Positions 39,807-43,904 of a DNA stretch of 43,904 bases are shown here, piece after piece. A program made the translations under genes and the position numbers. Source of the DNA: Octopus bimaculoides (taxonomy: Eukaryota). The first letter of the stretch is position 1. Every line of letters begins with the position of its first letter. A model generated the notes under the pieces. That model searched no databases and was not told where the DNA came from. It saw nothing but the letters and a program-made list of their open reading frames with translations. The DNA lies in assembly GCF_001194135.2 (NCBI RefSeq), contig NC_068989.1, positions 75,811,917 through 75,855,820 on the forward strand. Direction: 5' to 3'.

Positions 39807-40536
39807 GCATGAGAAAAAAGTAGTCGTCTTCTGTTTCGTTTGAACAGTCTGTGTTGCCATTCAGCTTTTCTTTTATACGAATGTAACCAACCACCCGCTC
39901 GACTGTTCATTTTTTAGGAAAAATGAGGTGCGGTAAGTGCCCCTGCAAAAGGTTTCTCACATCATTTATGGAGGGAGAGAAAGAGATAGATAAGAATCGA
40001 ACCAAGTACTTGATGCATTATGTCTCAAAGCCGAAAGGATGAAAGGTAGAGTAGGCGTCGGCTTGATTTGTAAGAAAATCTGTTTGAGTCTCTTATAACT
40101 CCGCCATTTTATTTTAGTTGATTTAACGGTTTGATTTTTAATTAACAATTATGAAAAGAGTCATACGTATTCTTATATACAAAAAACTATTTTTAGTTGT
40201 AATGTGAAACAATTTGCATGTTAAATGAACAGATTTACTTGAAGGTGGAGATACACATTTAACCAGTACACTTCCAGGGTGTTAAAACCGTAATATGAGT
40301 CTAATTAAAGGAAGAAATATTTTGTCATATTAAATCAATTTATGGATTATATTTCGTGCTACGTAGTTTTCCTTCTACGCTATTCTTTGTTTTTTTAATT
40401 TTTTTATAAGTTCTGTAAATAAAGAGACGAAAATTCTAAACGTAATAAAACTAAAATAGACAAACAGTACTTTCAACAAGATATATCAAACAACAAAAGG
40501 TTACTCACTGTCTGGACACTTGAATTCAATATCACT
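568..40536 (-). CDS. uif: Partial multi-exon gene (14 exons in window): uninflatable-like CTL-LDLa-CUBx3-CCPx3 extracellular/membrane protein, truncated at both ends
   Basis: All 14 exons have GT-AG boundaries and compatible phases, and join into an open frame of 692 codons. Domain order matches the N-terminus of Drosophila Uninflatable as I recall it. Motif resemblance: KCPDKW..CY, YWIG, CDGTDNC..DE, FTSD..KGF.A.W, DCP..C..GGKWS..IPKC, YCGP..I.NGF. The orthology call is from memory, not from a search. Confidence 0.85.
1790..2216 (+). mobile_element. Tc1/mariner transposase relic (C-terminal half, stops and frameshifts)
   Basis: Translates to [26 protein letters not shown]...CV*QQDS...[14 protein letters not shown]...[12 protein letters not shown]...[16 protein letters not shown]. 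These are decayed QQD and WPP.SPD.NP.D motifs. Confidence 0.85.
2491..2664 (-). CDS. uif: Exon: CCP/sushi 2 (K)[13 protein letters not shown]...YSCYPGY...[15 protein letters not shown]
   Basis: ttttag acceptor, gtaag donor, 174 nt, phase 1 to 1. Sushi motif. Confidence 0.93.
3246..3443 (-). CDS. uif: Exon: CCP/sushi 1 (D)CPALHLNQF...[10 protein letters not shown]...[18 protein letters not shown]
   Basis: tttcag acceptor, gtaag donor, 198 nt, phase 1 to 1. Four-Cys + Trp sushi pattern. Confidence 0.93.
5050..5420. repeat. Compound (TACA)n microsatellite; representative of dozens of (TA)n, (CA)n, (TACA)n, (TCTA)n, (TCCA)n and (GA)n tracts
   Basis: Read directly. Other large tracts at about 79-170, 20495-20635, 22200-22265, 22665-22745, 26390-26445, 26780-26878, 28625-28735, 31725-31797, 32195-32445 and 42675-42800. 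Most N gaps abut such tracts. Confidence 0.95.
5477..5621 (-). CDS. uif: Exon: CUB3 C-half [12 protein letters not shown]...[22 protein letters not shown]
   Basis: ctttcag acceptor, gtaag donor, 145 nt, phase 0 to 1. V.F.T......GF.A.YS motif. Confidence 0.88.
5908..6191 (+). mobile_element. Tc1/mariner transposase relic with internal deletion
   Basis: [13 protein letters not shown], then [17 protein letters not shown]...[10 protein letters not shown]...[18 protein letters not shown]. Confidence 0.85.
6940..7340 (+). mobile_element. Mariner (Mos1/Hsmar-type) transposase relic, HTH plus first catalytic D
   Basis: [50 protein letters not shown], then [16 protein letters not shown]. Internally deleted. 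Confidence 0.88.
8330..8499 (-). CDS. uif: Exon: CUB3 N-half (G)[56 protein letters not shown]
   Basis: Poly-T + ctag acceptor, gtaag donor, 170 nt, phase 1 to 0. GC...SG.I.SPG.....P....C.W.I motif. Not in the ORF track. Confidence 0.92.
8905..9217 (-). mobile_element. Helentron/DINE-like non-autonomous element
   Basis: Terminal hairpin (CTTCCGCCTT-cgct-AAGGCGGAGG on the + strand), then on the minus strand a GTTT/GTCC micro-repeat and gatatctcaagaaccgcttgatggattcggatgaaacttt. The family call is by resemblance only. Confidence 0.5.
10027..10428 (+). mobile_element. Full-length tRNA-derived CORE-type SINE (family A), with internal TA/TG microsatellite
   Basis: Head ggcgcaggagtggctgtgtggtaag (A box), gttcagttcc (B-like box), CORE-like ccttgggaaagtgtctt, tail ...cagtcaaatgactgaaacaag. 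The family is repeated about 13 times in the window. Confidence 0.85.
10453..10660 (-). CDS. uif: Exon: CUB2 C-half [26 protein letters not shown]...[15 protein letters not shown]...FLYKQ(G)
   Basis: tcacag acceptor, gtaag donor, 208 nt, phase 0 to 1. YDG.S..SP.I and STG..L...F/L motifs. Confidence 0.9.
11817..11953 (-). CDS. uif: Exon: CUB2 N-half (cysteine-less) [46 protein letters not shown]
   Basis: tttttag acceptor, gtgagt donor, 137 nt, phase 1 to 0. L.AT...QIL and W.I....R.I.S resemble the uif CUB2 N-half. Confidence 0.85.
12650..12857 (-). CDS. uif: Exon: CUB1 C-half [19 protein letters not shown]...[21 protein letters not shown]
   Basis: tttacag acceptor, gtaaag donor, 208 nt, phase 0 to 1. 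F.SD....KGF.A.W motif. Missed by the ORF track. Confidence 0.92.
13548..13962 (-). mobile_element. SINE family A, near full-length
   Basis: Reverse complement of the 10027-10428 family. Confidence 0.8.
14296..14429 (-). CDS. uif: Exon: CUB1 N-half [44 protein letters not shown]
   Basis: ttttag acceptor, gtaag donor, 134 nt, phase 1 to 0. C...G.I.T.NFP..Y....C.W.I CUB motif. Confidence 0.92.
14645..15100 (+). mobile_element. Degenerate non-LTR reverse transcriptase fragment (CR1/Jockey group)
   Basis: [10 protein letters not shown]...THW, later VP(RN)SVLA..FLLHIND. These are decayed QYGFR..RST and GVPQGSVL.P.LFL.YINDL motifs. Confidence 0.7.
17350..17445 (-). CDS. uif: Exon: LDL-receptor class A repeat [31 protein letters not shown]
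   Basis: caacag acceptor, gtgag donor, 96 nt, phase 1 to 1. Acidic LDLa motif CDG.D.C.D..DE. Confidence 0.93.
18148..18600 (-). mobile_element. SINE family A (contains N gap)
   Basis: Same head, CORE and tail motifs on the minus strand. Confidence 0.85.
19128..19370 (+). mobile_element. tRNA-derived SINE family D
   Basis: Head gtcgcgtggcttagtggttagagtg, CORE-like ttcttgagcaaaacacttcatttcac, tail gctgcgatggactggcg...aaaccgggccc. Relatives at 9660-9800(-), 29985-30205(-), 34690-34790(+). Confidence 0.8.
19375..19645 (+). mobile_element. Chimeric SINE: family C head + family D tail
   Basis: 19375-19545 matches the family C 5' half. 19570-19645 matches the tail of the adjacent family D copy. 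Confidence 0.7.
20645..21135 (-). mobile_element. 3' end of a CR1/L2-type LINE
   Basis: [19 protein letters not shown]...IHPRLG...[22 protein letters not shown]...[19 protein letters not shown]. The 3' UTR has a stem-loop and is followed by (GT)n. Confidence 0.8.
21183..21355. repeat. Loopless long palindrome (87/86-bp arms), inverted Penelope-like LTR end
   Basis: Arms are exact reverse complements except one A/T-run indel. Centre is GAAAAA|TTTTTC. The right arm continues into further LTR-like sequence to about 21430. Confidence 0.9.
21280..21325 (+). ncRNA. Type I minimal hammerhead ribozyme-like motif (U4C core variant); mirror copy on minus strand at about 21214-21259
   Basis: AAAACTGT-CCGATGA-ACG(GGAA)CGT-GAAA-CTCAGAG-TA-ACAGTTTT. 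This gives an 8-bp stem I, a GNRA-capped stem II, a near-palindromic stem III and a GUA cleavage triplet. Confidence 0.7.
21520..21822. mobile_element. piggyBac-type MITE (303 bp)
   Basis: TTAA TSDs at 21516-21519 and 21823-21826. TIRs CCCATTACCT.../...AGGTAATGGG. Confidence 0.85.
21927..22145 (-). CDS. uif: Exon: FNRLGVIH...[17 protein letters not shown]...[22 protein letters not shown]-type lectin C-terminal half
   Basis: tttcag acceptor, gtttgt donor, 219 nt, phase 1 to 1. W...QP...C..W...C....F.CE signature. Confidence 0.92.
22285..22650 (+). mobile_element. 3' end of an RLE-type (R2/R4/NeSL supergroup) non-LTR element, copy 1
   Basis: Encodes ...[42 protein letters not shown] plus 3' UTR. 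Near-identical to 28215-28790. Confidence 0.75.
23030..23320 (-). mobile_element. RTE-clade LINE 3' fragment with a single C-terminal zinc finger
   Basis: [27 protein letters not shown]...[22 protein letters not shown]. The 3' UTR ends ggacggccatcatcat, then (GTAT)n. Confidence 0.8.
23400..23447 (+). ncRNA. Type I minimal hammerhead ribozyme-like motif in a Penelope-type pLTR fragment
   Basis: GTCT-CTGATGA-aGGGATA(tataaag)TATCCCg-GAAA-CAGCTG-TA-AGAC. Intact core, palindromic stem III (ACAGCTGT), stem I GTCT/AGAC. Confidence 0.7.
24150..24493 (-). mobile_element. SINE family A, diverged
   Basis: Same motifs. A separate head-only plus-strand copy lies at 23582-23730. Confidence 0.75.
25403..25789 (+). 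mobile_element. tRNA-derived SINE family C, full-length with 8-bp TSD
   Basis: Head gcgcaatggcccagtggttagg...actcgcggtc...ggtttcgattccc (tRNA-Arg-like GCG anticodon loop). TSD ATTGCAGG at 25395-25402 and 25790-25797. Confidence 0.88.
26782..27250 (-). mobile_element. SINE family C, full-length with (CA)n tail and ~13-bp TSD
   Basis: Close reverse-complement copy of 25403-25789. TSD ccggattc(c/t)cggt at 26769-26781 and 27255-27267. Confidence 0.88.
27979..28073 (-). CDS. uif: Exon: [31 protein letters not shown](G), C-type lectin
   Basis: tttgtag acceptor, gtaag donor, 95 nt, phase 2 to 1. LV.I and YWIG motifs. Confidence 0.9.
28215..28790 (+). mobile_element. 3' end of an RLE-type non-LTR element, copy 2 (restriction-like endonuclease domain)
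   Basis: ORF 28218-28553: [16 protein letters not shown]...K..KK.TY.EL...FIPVIIG..G, a typical RLE C-terminus. Shares its 3' UTR with copy 1. Confidence 0.8.
28790..29945 (-). mobile_element. 5'-truncated RTE-clade LINE (RT C-terminus + three C2H2-like fingers), frameshifted
   Basis: [49 protein letters not shown], then decayed ASVAFGKL...[12 protein letters not shown] motifs. ORF 28849-29208 carries CEVCGR..H..SH, VVCKKIC..Y..VH and CHVCCR..H..GH. Confidence 0.88.
30975..31056 (-). CDS. uif: Exon: (K)[27 protein letters not shown]-type lectin
   Basis: tttacag acceptor, gtaac donor, 82 nt, phase 1 to 2. CY...W..A...C lectin motif. The ORF track shows a different frame here. Confidence 0.9.
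31523..31969 (-). mobile_element. SINE family A, full-length with expanded (CA)n
   Basis: Same motifs. Further partial copies at about 225-366(+), 5745-5905(-), 18885-19000(-), 27586-27735(+), 30720-30885(+), 32000-32195(-), 43235-43447(+). Confidence 0.85.
33137..33806. mobile_element. 670-bp MITE with 28-bp perfect TIRs and 8-bp TSD (Merlin- or MULE-like)
   Basis: TIR GGATCTTGTTCAAAACGGGGGCACCAGT at both ends. TSD AAAGTATC at 33129-33136 and 33807-33814. The superfamily is inferred from the GG terminus plus 8-bp TSD. Confidence 0.85.
33487..33510 (+). repeat. Interstitial telomeric repeat (TTAGGG)4
   Basis: Four perfect units read directly. Confidence 0.9.
34795..35333. mobile_element. 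Tc1-like MITE with TA TSD, internal ~22-bp tandem repeat x3 and nested SINE B
   Basis: TA-CAGTCGTGCCCAAAATTTTGGAAC ... GTTCCAATCTTTTGGCCACGGCTG-TA. The unit aaagtctaattttcacacctat is repeated three times at about 34900-34970. Confidence 0.75.
35015..35251 (+). mobile_element. tRNA-derived SINE family B with 12-bp TSD, inserted in a Tc1-like MITE
   Basis: Head ggcggcgagctggcagaaacgttagc, B box gagttcaaattcc. TSD TTACAAATTAAA at 35001-35012 and 35252-35263. Relatives at about 810-1340(-, several), 12140-12290(-), 12328-12545(+), 34400-34560(-), 39990-40080(-). Confidence 0.85.
35590..36075 (+). mobile_element. Ty3/gypsy reverse transcriptase relic
   Basis: Fragments [42 protein letters not shown](N)*DNCIF and [24 protein letters not shown]. 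These are decayed gypsy motifs (TINT..GL, DD....G...EH..L..L.RL..LN..KC.F, FLGY.I). Confidence 0.75.
36779..36814 (-). ncRNA. Hammerhead-like motif (A6U core variant) in a ~201-bp direct-repeat-flanked unit
   Basis: Minus strand reads CTTT-CTGTCGA-aGAGC(GTAG)GCTC-GAA-ACGT-A-AAAG. Palindromic ACGT stem III, stem I CTTT/AAAG. Confidence 0.55.
38072..38828 (+). mobile_element. Non-autonomous Helitron
   Basis: 5' a|TCcgtatatataaaag. 3' hairpin CCCGGgcaaagCCGGG, then tatactgCTAG|t. Inserted between A and T. Confidence 0.8.
40509..40536 (-). CDS. uif: 28-nt micro-exon: SDIEFKCPD (start of C-type lectin domain)
   Basis: Polypyrimidine tract + ttaacag acceptor, gtgagt donor. Ends in phase 1 and joins the next exon to give the canonical CP.W lectin start (CPDKW). 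Confidence 0.75.
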
Positions 40537-41390
40537 CTGTTAAGAGAAAAAAAAAGTCGAGTTAGAAACTTTCTGAGAGTTTTCTGAGGATATGTTATAG
40601 TGTGGGGAATGCAGAGGTAAGTCATTAAACTAACAGACTACTAGGTGAAACCTCAGCAGTTCATAAACAGTTACCTGATATCATGTTTTACCTTAACAGA
40701 AATGAAAATGGCTTCAAAATAGAGTAGAAAATAAGTTTTGGTATTATTTTATGTACATCCAGCATGATTAGGATGTGTTGGTCAGTATAGAATCTCGATT
40801 TATTAATGTCTTGCATTGAAATCCCATATTACAAACGACACGATTCGTCTTCTCCCTTAGACGAAAACGATCACACTTACAAAGAATATAAAAATACATG
40901 TATAAAATCTAAAGTCGTTGAATTTCCGAATTGGAAGGCCAAGCTAACAGACGTATTTCTTTCTTGTTCTTTTAATACTTTCGAAAAGGGATATTTTATC
41001 TGAAATATCAGTACTGATTAAATACTTCTGCTGTAGCAATCCAACATCTTTGTCATTGTTCTTAGCGTGATTTAATGTCCAATCTTCTATAACAAGTTGA
41101 TTTTCTGCACACTCTGCGATACTGCAAGTTCACTACAATATTCTTCAGTAATGAAGTTGTTTATTTTAAGTAAGAGAAGGATTCTAAAGTTTCGGACAGG
41201 ACACCTTGTTGTCATTTATGACCTGAATTCCACCTTCAAGATGACGTTAAAGTGTGCACCAGGAGATCAGGGCGCTTCAATGAACTCGTCGTACCTGCTA
41301 GAAATAGCAATACAAATTGACGTCACATTACATCAATTCTCTTACAAAGGAGGATAAACTGGACAAAGTTGTCGAATACACGTGCATATG

Positions 41391-41424
<34 letters not shown>

Positions 41425-41471
41425 TATACATTTATTTATATATATGTATATATATAGATATACATATATGC

Positions 41472-41641
41472 ATATTTGTGAAAGAGGACGACAAACATCA
41501 AGGCATAACAAGCATCTCAAGTCATATACGTTATTATTCTTAAATTAGTTAAATTAGGCCTCAACTAATTTAAGAATGATAATGTACATGACTTGAGATG
41601 CTTGTTATGCCTTGACATTTGGTGTCCTCTTTCACAAATAT
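41472..41641. repeat. Imperfect foldback/inverted repeat, ~79-bp arms with 12-nt loop
   Basis: atatttgtgaaagaggac...ttcttaaattagtt / aaattaggcctc / aactaatttaagaa...gtcctctttcacaaatat. Confidence 0.9.
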
Positions 41642-42457
41642 ATATCTGCTAAATCGGAAACCTAAAACAGTTCCATAGCTTCCATCTCAGTTACGAGCTT
41701 GGAACCCTGATAATCCATTAGAGCACTTACTTTACGTACCTATTCGTTTAGATCACCGGTGAACTAAACCCCCATATTCTGTATATACATATACTTACAT
41801 GCACACACAAACACACACACACATATATATATATATACATGCATATACATACATATATGGAGAGTGTATGGATCCTCACAATGGAGTTTCATCACACAAT
41901 TATGACTTCACCTAGGCAGTTATAAAATGTCGTTTATCAATTGAACCAAACTAAACTATCTAAAAAAACTCCCTAAATTTGAACATGTAAAATTAAATAT
42001 AGAACTAACAATAGGATCCTCTTCTTAGCTAGAACACCAATAAATGAACAAATAAATGAATTAAGAAAAAACGAAATTGAAATACGATTATTGAGAATTA
42101 AATATCTGATCTCTTTGTTTTTTGTTATACGGAAAGTGAAGGAAAAATGTCTGCAGCATAAAGATAGTTTTTCGCCTCGTACACGCTTCCTTGCCGTCTC
42201 GTCCTTCTATAGCATTCTCGTCATAGCTGTTTGCAGAATTCAGCATAGCAACAGTAAAGATATATGGGTTTTATATTGAAAATGTCCATTTTCATGCCCA
42301 TACTTGTTAATGCTGGATGTGTGTGCATATATATATATATATATAAATATGTGTGTGTGTGTGTGGGGGGGGGTCTGTGTGTGCGTATGTGTTTGTATAC
42401 TCATATATATATATATATTCTTATCGCGCACACCCGCATAATATGCATATAAACATG

Positions 42458-42490
<33 letters not shown>

Positions 42491-42727
42491 CGTCACACAC
42501 ACAGACCCCCCCCCCACACACATGCACACATACATAGTGAAACCTTGCGAGATGTGGCTGCTGGTTTTATTGTAATTATTGCCTTGTTGCTCTGATAATT
42601 CTGTAGTTGCATGACCATGCGTGTTTGCGTTGTTTATTTTGAGGCTATCCATTTATCTATCCATATCTACCTACCTATGTATGTATGTATGTATGTATGT
42701 ATGTATGTATGTATGTATGTATGTATG

Positions 42728-42767
<40 letters not shown>

Positions 42768-42859
42768 CATATATCCATGCATCCATGCATCTATCTATCT
42801 GAGTCATTTACTGTTATAGTTTCTTCAATGACAATGACAATATTGGCCAAGGTTACCGT

Positions 42860-43125
42860 GGTCTTTTCCGTAGGCTTTTCTTTCCACGGCTAAACCGAAA
42901 CTGTCCCCCCTTTTTACACGAGAACATTGCTGTGATACACGATCCCTATTGATCGCTTTTTTTCCGATCCCTTTTGATCGAACTCCCCCCACCTTTTTTC
43001 TTTCCTACCAGCCCTTTTGATCGACCCCCCCCTTTTTCTTTCTCTTCTTCCCCCTCCCAAAAAGAAAAGCTCTACATTGTATTTGTCCCCTCTGTGTAAA
43101 GCCCTGTGTGGCTAATAAAAGAAAT
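42860..43125 (+). mobile_element. Probable LINE 3' UTR remnant
   Basis: Pyrimidine-rich tract ending ...ttgtcccctctgtgtaaagccctgtgtggctaataaaagaaat, similar to the tail of SINE family B. No coding evidence. Confidence 0.4.
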
Positions 43126-43904
43126 GTATCTATCTATCTCTCTATATATATGGAGAGAGACAGAGACAGTGATACAGATAAACACGATTAGGCTATATAT
43201 ATATATATATATATATGTATATTTATGTGTGTGTGTTTGTGTGTCTGTTTGTCCCCAACATCGTTTGGCAACCGATGTTGGTGTGTTTACGTCCCGTAAC
43301 TTAGCGGTTCGGCAAAAAAGACCGATAGAATAAGTACTAGGCTTACAAAGAATAAGTCCTGAGGTCGATTTGCTCGACTAAAGGCGGTGCTCCAGTATGG
43401 CCGCAGTCAAATGACTGCAGTCAAATGACTGAAACAAGTAAAAGAGTATATCTTAATGTAGCGGGAAACGCACAAAAGTTTCTGAACTTAACCATGTGTT
43501 CATTCTTTACAAATACTTGACAGAAAACATTTAGAACATCGATCGTTTGGTACTGTCACTAGACATGTTCAGTCAACCGTGTCAGCCTTAAACTTACGAC
43601 ACCAAACATTGTCACTTGGTACTAACACAAGGATGTAACGGGTAACCTACAAAAATTTCCAAGACCACTCATGTGACTATCCTCTACCAGTCAAGTCCTA
43701 TTCAAAACACACTAATTTGTGGCAGGAACTCCCAATAAAAATAGGGCAAACTTCAAACACTAGTCAGAAGCAAGACAGCTGCGACACGAGTCACGTCTTT
43801 CCATTTCAACTATTTGAAAATCAGTGTAAACTGTGAAACCGGACAAGTATATATATATACATTTATATATATACATATGTGTATATATATATATATATAT
43901 ATAT

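Noticed and set aside
43606-43620. ATG TTT GGT GTC|gtaagt as a phase-0 first exon
   Set aside because: Only four codons with an in-frame stop just upstream. It cannot supply a signal peptide and has no other support.

Overview
AT-rich, microsatellite-saturated animal DNA with nine N-gaps. The SINE and microsatellite landscape looks like an Octopus genome, which is an inference and not checked by search. The whole window is spanned by the 5' part of one minus-strand gene. I reconstructed 14 coding exons with canonical GT-AG ends and consistent phases (2077 nt, 692 codons + 1 nt). They encode C-type lectin - LDLa - CUB x3 - CCP/sushi x3, the N-terminal architecture of uninflatable (uif)-like giant membrane proteins. 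The start/signal exon is not securely identified and the gene continues beyond position 1. The introns hold many transposon remnants: about four tRNA-derived SINE families, three Tc1/mariner transposase relics, RTE, CR1/L2-type and RLE-type LINE fragments, a gypsy RT relic, piggyBac-, Tc1- and Merlin/MULE-like MITEs, a Helitron and a Helentron-like element. The most striking non-coding signal is a set of type I hammerhead-ribozyme-like motifs of the minimal Penelope type. One pair forms a loopless 173-bp palindrome (21183-21355) that places a hammerhead on each strand. Most long ORFs in the supplied track are microsatellite or N-gap artefacts.
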